Shown: piece after piece, positions 1 to 13,298 of the stretch
Numbering within the stretch: position 1 is the stretch's first letter
Layout of the letters: each line of letters starts with the position of its first letter
NCBI GenBank assembly: GCA_002189035.1
Contig: NEEC01000009.1
Location: forward strand, 806,001-870,000
Direction of reading: 5' to 3'
Length of the DNA: 64,000 nucleotides
From: Utricularia gibba
Lineage: Eukaryota; Plantae; Magnoliophyta
The notes under the pieces: generated by a model
Seen by the model: the letters and a program-made list of their open reading frames with translations, nothing else
What the model was told of the DNA's origin: nothing
Database searches by the model: none
Program-made: the position numbers and the translations under genes

Positions 1-29
1 TGCCCTGGATTTCCTTAATATGTTTCCAC

Positions 30-2608
30 GCTCCGAGAATACGTTGAGAAACTACAGTTGCTGAACTCCCCCAAGGAGCGTCAACACAGAATCTCTCAAG
101 TTCCAGATGTGCATTCTGATCGAACAATGGATCCTGATTACAAACCAGAAGAAGATAAAATTGGTCTCACAAGTAAAATAGGTACCGCGTCATTGATTAA
201 GCTGTTTTACACCCTGATTGCCCATTTTTATTCTCTGGATATGATGTGCAATAAGCATCTGAATTTGCAGATGAGCATGGGCTAAGTTCTGATCCATATC
301 AAAATGGTAGGAGGCGTGTCTCTCCAAGAGTAAAGGGTAACTTTCTGAGGAAATGCACAGTACTGCATATTTCACTTGCATTCCACTCGTGTGACCTTTT
401 TTTTTTTTGGTGCATTGATCAGGCAAGGATTTGCCGAAACAGGTGGCAAATAGAACTAAATCAGAGAAGACACTTGCAAGTGGATCAAATAAGTTGGACA
501 ACCATTTGACTCGCTCTGCTGTTTCTAACCCAGGAGATCAAATTAGTACTTGCCAATTGATGCAAGATTCTGGACAGGGCACAAATACTGCCACAAACTC
601 TGGTTCTCCTGATCATATTGAGACAGAGCGGCTGTGGCATTATCGAGACCCTAATGGAAAGATTCAAGGACCATTTTCCATGATGTACCTACGAAAATGG
701 AGCATGTCCGGATTCTTCCCAAGTGATATGAGGATATGGACTAATCATGAGCAGTATGACTCGTTGCGTCTTTCTGATGCACTCAATGGTAAATTTCATG
801 CTGCTTCTGATCTCCGTGGAAAACCTTTAAAAGCCGAGGAGAATGTGTTGGCTGGTGGATGTAGAGCATCTGAGGTTAACAATCAAAATGGAGGGTATAG
901 TGTGAAGGCATTGACCTCTTGCAGTAATGATGATGTTCTGCCAGAAAAGAGCAGTGGGGTTGTGGCAGCAGAGACGTCCTGGCCACAGTTTTGGGGCTTT
1001 CTGAAAGACAATAGTTCGAGTGATGCGCAGCAACGGAATATGGTACCCTCATGTAGCACTGAGCTTACCCATAATGCTCGAACAGACAGAGGGACAGTTT
1101 GTGGTGAGGTAGAGCATGTTTCTCCAGTGGAAGAAGGGAATGCTCCAAATGGGGTTGTAAACAACCTTGAAGGGCATGGACTCGCAAAGGTATCGAGTGT
1201 TGAGGATCGACGGGGGCAAACTGCTGAGGCAAGTGTAAGACCTTTGGACATCGACTTGGGCTCATGTGGTGTAGACCCAGTTTCGGTTCCGGAACCAATA
1301 TCAAAGACACCATCTTCAAGCAAGAACTTGGGAAATTCCTTTGTCTTTGATCTTCCTAGCCCAACACCAAGCACAGCAGCTGAAAATCAGCAGTCAGTTT
1401 CTTCAGTGTCGGCACAGAAAACTTGCTTTTTGGAGCTGTTGAGCCCTGCACCAAGGTCAAGCCCTGATGATCAAGGAGCTGAGGCTATCGATTCGAAGCC
1501 TTCTGGGACATCCAATGTTCCAGCGGAAACAAGTTGGAGCATGGCTTCAAACCTAGTGTTAGGAGGTGTCCAAATGCCAGCAGTGTCTGAAGAATGGTGT
1601 GGATACTCACCCACACCAGCAAAACCATCTAGCCATGAATGGGAGGATACGAGCATTGTCTATGCATCTTCATCGAAGCCTCCAGAAACATCTGGTGAGA
1701 GTACAGCCAATCCAAATTCAGGGGGTGTTCAGATTCCTCCTGCGCAAAGCCTGCCTAATTGGCTGACACATGAGATGATTGAGTTTGATGCCCTGGGTGA
1801 GGAGTCAGTATCGGATTTGCTCGCAGAAGTTGATGCAATGGAATCCCAAGGTGGCTTGGTTTCTTCACCTCTATCTGCATTAAAGTTTGCAAGAGAATAC
1901 TTTGATGACTGCAAAGATGATTGCTTCAGTTCCATGGATGAATTTAGCTCTGTTCATGGTCCTCTAGGGAGCGATGTCTTGAGTTCCACTGGAGAAATGC
2001 AGCAAATGCATCAAGTCAGCCCATCAACACATATTGATGGTTTTGACTTTTTTGCCAAATCAAATACGCAGTCTTACTCTAGCTGTGGGAGTGAAACCAA
2101 AGCCCCAGTCTACACACAATCAGACTTCCACCCACAAGGATCAAACAGCACGGTTCATGAAATGGTGGGGGAAACCACCGCTCCCAGCATGGGGCCTCCT
2201 GATACAGTAGACCCTGGCTGGGGTACAGTTCAAGGCAACATAAACCTGGTTACAGTACAAGGTAATGTGAACCTTGTTCTTGGTGGTCCAGTTCAGGGGA
2301 TGCCTAACCTAAATTGGGGGATGAACCATGGGACAAGTTGGATGAAACCACCTGCTGCTGCTGCTCCGCACAACCGCAGCAGCCCCATGGTTGGCAGGGA
2401 TAACCAACGAAAGTTTAGTGGGGAGAGGTTTACCAGCACAAGAGCTGCAAATGAACCTGGATTCGGTAGGGGGCTGCCATTATGGAGCCGGCAGCCATAT
2501 GGCAGTGGAGGATACTCACGACCGCTTCCCAAAGGGCAGCGGGTGTGCAAGTTTTATGAGAGTGGACACTGCAAAAAGGGTGCCTTGTGTGACTATCTAC
2601 ATCCATGA
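30..2608 (+). CDS. Zinc finger CCCH domain protein of the C3H19 (NERD)/C3H44 family, 3' part only (post-Plus3 linker, GYF domain, C-terminal CCCH finger)
   Basis: Exon 30-181 reads [39 protein letters not shown] intron 182-422 joins it in phase to exon 423-2608, which has a GYF motif ([26 protein letters not shown]) and ends in C-x7-C-x5-C-x3-H ([20 protein letters not shown]). The gene starts upstream of the window. Confidence 0.9.
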
Positions 2609-3144
2609 AAAGCTCTGGAAATGTGCCAGAAAAAATGATCTTTGTAGATGAACTAGAGTTGCAGTTTCTAGTTGGAATTGCAAGCAGGGCTGACCCCTTG
2701 TCGTCAACCATCAAGCTAAACATCAGCAGGCACAACCCGAAAGGTGTAAGCAGATCCCAATTTGACCACAGCCACATGATGACTTATCAAGGCATTGCTA
2801 ATGTTTGTACAAGACTTGGGCTATATGCATTCTTGACTGTGCTTCTCAGTCTAGAAGCTCCTGAAATGTATTGTTGAGATTGATTAGATGGGACCTCGAA
2901 GGTGTAGAAAGGTTCCATGTTCAACATTTTATGATTCGGGCACCAGTTTACCATCAAGGTTAGCCTTGATTCAATAGAAGTTTCTTCTTCTTGTTCACTA
3001 GTTTCCTGAAGCCAGACTCTCTGAGTTTGTCTAACCAACCGTGAACTAAGATCAGCATTATTGATCAAAATGATAAACAAGAACAATTTTGATATTGCCA
3101 AAGTACTGTAGGTTGTACAGGAGTCGTTTTGGTCGATCAGCCAC

Positions 3145-6108
3145 TCAACATGGCTCTTCTTTTCTTCGCATGCCCTGGTTGATCTCAAACAGAAAACTCA
3201 TCCCCTTGATCTACAATGTTGGGCCAGTCAAAAGAAATGCAGTTTGGAGAAGTAAGATGGTTCCTTCACAACAGGAGGCGGAATGTAACAAGTACCTCTA
3301 TCAAGCAACCGAGGACAAGTTCACCACTTGCCCACAAAGTACTGTTGTACGGTTCAACAATATGGAACTCCGGCCGAGGTTTTTCATAAAGAAAGATCCA
3401 TTTGCCTCCATCTTTATTATAGCCTGAGAAAAGGAAGCATGTACAAGCAATGTGACATTTCACAGGTTAACCATTTTGTCAAACAAAGACCTTGAAGGCG
3501 AGTTCGTTGCAACAGGAACGCATTGGAAGTGTGAAATGAATAGATTAGGAAACACACAGAAGAAGCCTGTAAAAAGTATTGCTCCGTAACCTTTTTCATG
3601 AGCAGGAAAGAGAAAGGTTATAATACCTGCCGCCTAGATACTTTATTAGCTCTTCCCTCTATTGCCAAATCAATGTCGACAGCAATGTCTTCCGTCGATC
3701 TTCCAACCAATACCTGAGAGAGTAGAAGGGAAAAGACATATACGTGAGGCTTTTATCCATCTATTATCTAAAGACGAGAACTCTTAGAAGGTGGGAAAAA
3801 ACGAAAGAAGACCTCAGTCTTCCTGATGTAATGCTTCGAATAGCGACCATACAAGATTGCAAATGCTCCCTGAGAAGTCATGGCCCTTTGCAAGCATGAA
3901 CGAGCTCCTTGTTCCAGTCTTATGATTGTCCTTTTTGTCTCATCGTACTGATAACTAGGATCTGCAATAAGAAGAATCAGAAAATTGATGATTTACTTAA
4001 CCCAAAAATGAAAGGAGTTACCTTTTCTGTTTATATGGAGGTCCTCATCGTATGGATCCAACTCCATCTCAAGTATCTGAATGAAAACATAGGTAGATCA
4101 GAAATACCGAAAAATCCAGCTATAGAATCTGATGCGAGTAAAAATTGATACGAAAAAATTGATACGACATTACCATGGCTTCCACATCTGAGAAATAAGG
4201 CACATCACTTTCCATCTGCGAATCATCGGACACAGCATACTCATCCGCAAATTCAGGATGCTTGAAAGCATCAGTCCGTGACTGCACTGCCTCAGAAGCT
4301 CCTGGAAGGTTGTTGACAGCCTCTTCACATTGATCACTCAAGCTTGACCAGCGCCAATGAAACTTGATACCAAGGGCTTCTCTTTTCACACAGTTTTCTG
4401 CTACTCTTGGATTCATGCGCAGAAAGTCGGAGGATCTTATGGTCTCCTTTGACATAGAGTTGAATGATGGTTCGTGCTCCCTGTTAACAAGGGAGCACGC
4501 GGTGGTAAATGGTAGTATAGCAGCACCTGGTTGTGTTTCAGAATGAAAAGGTGAGCCTGTATGATGGAAGACGTCATCATTGCACGGAATTTCAGGATCC
4601 TCTCTGTTCAACACACAGATGACTTTCCCGTCACTAATAACAGTGAAATCTGTAGGAAGATCCAGAATAGACTGAGAATTCACCACATCTCCATAGATAA
4701 CAGAACCAGAACATTCCTGCGTCAAAATATCTGTACTATTAGTCACCTCTAAGCTAGAATCAGGGAAAGTGTCAACTTGACATACATCTGCAGTCACTTC
4801 TAGGCTACCATTAACCGAATCCCTGCGAACTCTATCAATATCAAGGGTACAACATCTATCCACTGCAACAGATTTTTCACTAAAATCCATTAATAAATAT
4901 TCAACTTCGTTAGGAAGGTTGAAAAGTGAATCTGCATCCGCAATTTCACCTGTACTCACAACTTTCTTCGTTTCTTTTTCTAGATAGGCATCAACCACGC
5001 TGTCGTCAGCATTGGGCGATCTTGGCAATCCCATGGAAGCCGGCGGTACGTGAGATTTATCATCTTGAATCTCGGCCCATGTCTGAAGCTGAGCTTCCTC
5101 GCATGCGAACACTGCATCCACGCAATCATAACTAGGTGAATGAAATTTCTGTCTAGCATCAAATCCATCTAAATTATTCCGAAGATCGTCATCAACTAGA
5201 TCATTTCTGGCAGAAAGTAAAACTTCCAAACTAGCAGTAGGATTATCAGATCTTCCTTCTCCTGATGAGGTTGCTAAATCCTCGTTAAAGCCAGCAATAC
5301 CCATGATTCTGTTTTGGTGGTCCTCTTCAAAAAAATCTGGGTTCACATGCTCAGCTACATTACCAATACCATATTCCACAGGCGCGCCTTCTGCATTCCC
5401 CGGAGAGGGAAGGGCACGCCTTAAAATATCCAACATTTCTTCTTCAGAAAAATCAATCTGATCCACAGAGTTGCCACCTGGAATCACATGTTCCTGAAAA
5501 TCAGCTGCATGCTCATTTACCACATAATTTTTGGGCTCAAGAAAACCCATGTCTATATCACTGGAAAACTCTGTGCGGAGTCTTTTCCTGATGGCATAGT
5601 ATTTCTTCCGGATGCTCTCAGGCTTCCTTTTTTTGGCATCCTTATTTCTTGCAGTGCTGCTCTCCTGTCTATACTTGGATGTTGAGCTTGCGCCGGATAT
5701 CTCCAGCTCAAACATATGGTAAGATGCTTGGGAAGAAATATCATCATCATAGAGAAGAGAATGCCATCTCTCCTTCAGTTCTTGCAAAGTATATCTGCGG
5801 GAAAACTCCACTGCACCTTTGGCAAGTGCTTCGAGTGATGCACCAGCCTGCAAAAGCAAGTCAAAATGGCTCATCAACGGGGCCAAATTAATAAGCTCAT
5901 CATCCCAGAACCAAAAATCATAAATCTAGTTCAGATTATCACAGTCCACTGCCCCTAGCACAACACTATTTACATATAAAATAATCGACCAAAAATCGGA
6001 AAATACCGAACCCATGATTACAATAAATTGGATCACCTCAACGGCGTTCCTAAGCAACAAGTCATCTTCAGGAATCCACTGAAGCGAAACCCGATGAAAA
6101 CTCTCCAT
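3145..6108 (-). CDS. Microspherule protein 1 (MCRS1)-like protein with N-terminal MCRS_N and C-terminal FHA domain
   Basis: Exon 1 is MESFHRVSLQWIPEDDLLLRNAVE. The large exon starts AGASLEALAKGAVEFSRRYTLQELKERWHSLLYD. Later exons give GAFAILYGRYSKHYIRKTE, GRSTEDIAVDIDL..NKVSRRQ (FHA G-R and S-R-x motifs) and IKGMSFLFEIN, with stop TGA at 3147-3145. Confidence 0.88.
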
Positions 6109-6464
6109 ACCACCTTCGAATCTCCTACGCGTAGCCGCAGGAAATTACGCTCTCTCGCTCCAATTCTCCCAACCTTGAGCGACAAAAAGAATCAGCAACA
6201 CTCCCCACCAACCGCAACCATCGAAACTTCCCCAACTCCCCTACTTTCGCGAACCGGCGGAAGAACATCAGTCCCTTCCTCAGCTTCCCGCAATCCCCTC
6301 CGATCCGTTTGATCAAAAGAGAAAGCTTCGTCGACGAATCCCGCAAGATATTTACGTGGACCTATTGGAATTTTTCCAGTCCGTTCCACGCACGAAATAT
6401 AACAGAATAATTCCGGAAATAATATATATATTTGTAATTGTTATTCTGTTTGAGCACGCACGAA

Positions 6465-6520
6465 TGGGCCCACATTAGGGCCCAATATGGCGTCGTGTTT
6501 GGGCCCCACTCCCAGGCCCA
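6465..6520. promoter_or_regulatory. Cluster of site II / TCP-binding motifs in the divergent MCRS1-ALDH3F1 intergenic region
   Basis: TGGGCC at 6465 and 6500, GGCCCA at 6479 and 6515, and a class I TCP-type GGGCCCAC at 6466-6473, all within 56 bp and about 360 bp upstream of the MCRS1 ATG. Confidence 0.6.
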
Positions 6521-7042
6521 AATTCCAACCAATTCGGACAGTAACTGAAAAATGATTGATTGATGGTTACACATGCCATCATTTCCACCCACGCGGTGGC
6601 CCATTCGGTGTGAGGGGCTGTCTTTGTACTTTTTGACATCTAATATTCATTTTGTTTATATTTGTTTATTAAATTAATTAAACATGTATTTTCTTTATTT
6701 TCGTGTATTTATACTATTCAAACGAAAATAAACGATGTTAATAGAGACGAACACAATTCTAATACCAGTTATTTGTTTATTATAATCAATTGAGTTGTTG
6801 ACGAATTGTTGGGGATAATTATTATAATTGAATTCCACTTAATCGATTTTTTTAATATTTAAAACTTGGAAGTCAGAAGTACTTTCGAGGATAATGTTTT
6901 TTTAATCAATTATTTTAAATGAGGATGGCTGAGGAGGGGTTCCACCATGAACCTCCTCGGTCACAGAGCATTTAATTCGCAATGTTTTTGCTGAGATTCG
7001 GTCGTGTAGATTGGTGATCCTACGGAAATCTAGAGAAAGGGA

Positions 7043-9414
<2,372 letters not shown>

Positions 9415-9614
9415 AGATGGTGAAGCAGACGTGCTGCAGCTGCAAGCCTATGTCTAAACCAATAATGTTGTGGTGTCGGAATGAAATAATAATGCACTTA
9501 TCCTATACCAGCTTTTGTTCTGGGAGAAAATTGGTCAAATGCCTGTATTTTTCTTTTTATCTTTTTAATCAATAAATTACTATTTACTTTACTTCATAGG
9601 TGTAACCAACATTT

Positions 9615-9915
9615 TGGAAAATTTTTATAGTTTATGTTTATTTTTTTAAACTTACTTTAAAGAATTAAAAATAGTTGATAAAAATAAAAAAATGTTGTAA
9701 ATATTCTATAAAATTATAAAAGATATACATAATTACTTTTCAAATCAAAGAAATAATTGAAAAAATAAAAATAGATGTAAAATTAGATCATTAATTACTT
9801 TTTCAAAAATAATTCTTGTAATATAATTTCAAAATTACTTTTGATAAAATTATTTTTATAATTGATAGTATTATAAAATATAATTATTTTTATTTTAAAT
9901 TCTAAAAATTTTCCA
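9615..9915. mobile_element. Possible degenerate MITE (AT-rich, about 300 bp, terminal inverted repeat)
   Basis: Perfect 13-bp inverted repeat TGGAAAATTTTTA (9615-9627) / TAAAAATTTTCCA (9903-9915) around an AT-rich interior. No clear target-site duplication. Confidence 0.3.
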
Positions 9916-11039
9916 CAACAATGCATTAGTTAAGAAATGATCCTCTTTATTTTTTGTAATAAATAAACTAATATTATATCCTAATTAAGATGTTTTATAA
10001 TTTGATTCTAAATCCATTCTAAGAATAGTATTTTAAAATCAAGTTGAATTGATTCCACAACTTATTTATAGGATGTGTTTTGTTGAAAAAATTTATTAAA
10101 TTGACTTTGTTTAATTTTTGAAGATTCTTATTAATAATTCAAAAATTATTAAGTTTCTTAAATCTTCATTTTGGTAATTAAATAAAAGATTAATTAAAAA
10201 TATATTATTTAATTTTCTATGTATTCTAAAAATATATTTATATTACAATATATAATAATTTAATATATTATACTTTATAATATTTTTTATTTTATTAATT
10301 TTTTATAATATACCACAAAACATTTTTACAATCTCAAACTAATTCTATTCACATAGTCTTAAAATTAATTTTATTCCAAATAATATAAACACAGCTAACA
10401 AACTATGCATCACATTCATAGTTTTAGGTTTAACTTTTTTATAATATATATATAGATATGTAGTGTAATAATAATAATAATAATAATAAATATGAGTTTT
10501 CAGAAAAAGGTAGGAATGATTAGAAGTAGGTGGGTACAGGTGCAGGGACAAGTAGGAAGGCAAGAAGTTACGCCTCCAAGTCATGTTGTCGGAAATCATT
10601 GTTTCATTTCAAAAGCAATGGCGCGGTTTCCGTTTGATTTGCTTGCCAAAAAAAAAAGTGGGATTTAAAATATTTTTTCATAATAAATAATAATGATAAA
10701 GATAGTGTGTGTGTGTGTGTGAAAGTGAAAGGATGAGGGGTGCGGTTGATCGACAGTTATGTGTGTGTATGGGTAAAAGCCGGCGAAGCTTCTAAACTTA
10801 GCACTGAAAGAGTGAAACAGAAAAAGAAGCTTTTGTGTCACTGGGCCCACCACCCCCCAAACCCCACTGTAAAAACTTTTATTTACCACCCCACTCGTGC
10901 TGTAAGAATTGGCCGTTTGGAGGAAGAGTTTCGGGTAAATTTGGTAATCTTCAACTAATTTTTAATAATAATGGAATTCAAAAAAACAATAATTTAAACG
11001 GATATATATATTAATTTAGTATACAAGATAATTATGGAT

Positions 11040-11047
11040 GGCGGCGG
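11040..11047. promoter_or_regulatory. GCC-box-like element upstream of the SHI/STY gene
   Basis: GGCGGCGG (GCCGCC on the minus strand) is the first GC-rich motif after a long AT-rich tract, about 500 bp upstream of the SRS ATG. SHI/STY promoters are known to carry a conserved GCC-box-like element. Confidence 0.5.
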
Positions 11048-11542
11048 TGACAGCACTGTGACTCTCTGCTGGCGTTGCTGCGTCCAAGGGAACTAACTGC
11101 TACAGCGATTCAAAGGGAGGAAGACTTGAGACTGAGAAAAAGGGCCAAATAATCTACAGAAAACAAAAGACAGGGAAGAGCGTCGTGTCGTCTCGTCGGA
11201 GTGGCTTTTGGGTGTGGAAAAGCTGCGGTGGAGGGAAAGCCGGAGTTAACAGGGACTGGTATTTGTGTGAAGATTTGGAGGAGGAGGAGGAGGGGGAGAG
11301 ATCACATGCGCAATTTGCAGAGGAGAGAAATTGTTGGGGTACGAAGGAGCTTTCAACTTCGTTCAGAATCGGAGTGCAGAAGTTGTCTGCCCCCAAACCC
11401 ACAATCCAAGAATCCCAGAAACAGCAGACAACGGCGGCCCTTGTCCCCGAGCATTACTCTCACGTCGCTATATGGATTCCTTCCTCAACATACAATTAAC
11501 TCTTCGTCTCTCCACACCAACAAAACCCTTTTCTCTTCTCCG

Positions 11543-12573
11543 ATGGCCGGTTTCTTCACCTTAGGAGGAGCTGCTGCTGCCGCCGCCGATCCACCCATTT
11601 CGTCGGAGATACATCCTGAGAATTGGTTCTTGTTAAGAAACGAGGAATCTGTGGTTCCCGTCTCCGTCCCCGTGCCTTACCGGGGTTTCGAGTTATGGCA
11701 ACATCAGCAGCAACAAAGGGGACAGGGGCAGGAAGAGAACAACTCTTTGCAGGAGATGTACGGTTCTGGGGGGGACTGGGTGTAGGTCCTAGCAGGGGAG
11801 GAGGGGGCTCGGAGATGGTTCCAGACCGGGGTTTTTGATGATGAGAAGCGCCGGAGCGGCAGCGGCGGCGCCTGGGAATGGTGGGATCAGTTGTCAGGAT
11901 TGTGGAAATCAGGCGAAGAAGGATTGCACGCATATGAGATGCAGAACTTGTTGCAAGAGCAGAGGGTTTCAGTGCCAGACTCATGTGAAGAGCACTTGGG
12001 TTCCGGCAGCGAAGCGGAGGGAGCGTCAGCAGCAGCAGTCGGAGACTTCCGGTGGGAAGAGGCAGAGAGAAACTCCAACCGTTTCCAACTCCCTCGTTTG
12101 CACCCGTATCCCCACACCCTCAGGTAACTTAAACCTAGACTCCCATATGTTGCCGCTACTTCAGCTTGAAGAAACTTCTTGTGTGGAAGGGTTGGAGGCT
12201 GGGAACTTTCCATCCCAAGTAACAGCTCCGGCGGTGTTCCGGTGCGTGCGCGTAAGCGCCGTGGACGAAGATCAATTCGCTTATCAAGCAGCAGTAAACA
12301 TCCGAGGACACGTGTTCAAGGGAATTCTCTACGACCAAGGCACCGAAGCTCAGTATCTGGCAGCCGTGGCAGCGGGGACACGTCTTCCGGCGGAGGGAGC
12401 ATCAGCGCCGGCGGTCACCCCTTAATCTGATAACCGGAACTTCCACATCGGGCACCCCCACCGCCGTCGTAACCGGCGGCCCCGCTTTACCCTTACTTGA
12501 CACCAGTTTCTATCCAGCCCCCATCAACAGCTTCATGGCGGGTACGCAGTTCTTCCCCCAATCAAGATCTTGA
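11543..12573 (+). CDS. SHI/STY (SRS) family RING-like zinc-finger transcription factor; four apparent 1-bp homopolymer deletions in this assembly
   Basis: Starts MAGFFTLGG, contains GFELWQ, the zinc finger [45 protein letters not shown], the IGGH-type domain (FRCVRVS...[14 protein letters not shown]) and the C-terminus [20 protein letters not shown]. Intron 12124-12189. Adding one base at 11768-74, 11803-07, 12374-77 and 12418-21 gives a 322-aa ORF. Confidence 0.9.
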
Positions 12574-13298
12574 GAGGAATCAGAATCCCATTAACTCAGA
12601 GCTTACTCATCTTCCATTAACGAAATATATACAAAAACCAGGGATTCACTTCTAACCCTAGTGACTTCCAACACCTAAGTATTTGACTATTTTATGCATT
12701 TTACAATATCAAATTTAATTTCATAAATCGGTTTAGGCTCATTTTATCGAATATCGAATTTCAATTTACATTACTTTTTACCAAATTGCCTCAAAATCTA
12801 TTGATTCGAATACGAAAACCAAATAAAAATTCGTATTTGATTGACTTAGATTTATTTACATCTCCAAATTACTATTTATATATGTGTTTTTAAATATGTG
12901 TGTCATTGAACTTCATAATCCTCACAATTTTTTTTTTGAAAAATATTCCGACATTTCTTTATTTTTTATTTTTTTTCTATATCTTATAACCATATGATGG
13001 CCTTCTTGATTTTTTTTAAATAATATATTTTTTATTTGTTAAAGATAAAATAGTTAAATATACTAAATTATATTTATAAAATTGACCTGATACTTGTATT
13101 TCAGAATTTTTTTTAATTATTTAAAAATAATTTATGTCATCAAACTAAGGTCAAAATAAATTAATGTTAAATAAATTATATTATAAATCAGGATATTCCA
13201 AAAGACGGTCGCCGTTTTTCATTACAAGGAGAGGTGTTGTTCTTCTTCGTTTTGAACCCCTTGCTCCTCCATCCATCCATGTCGTTTGGATCATGTGA

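Noticed and set aside
11306-11542. In-frame upstream ATG extending the SRS protein by 79 aa
   Set aside because: The family starts at MAGFF and the extension is not recognisable. The frame is also unreliable given the local indel rate.
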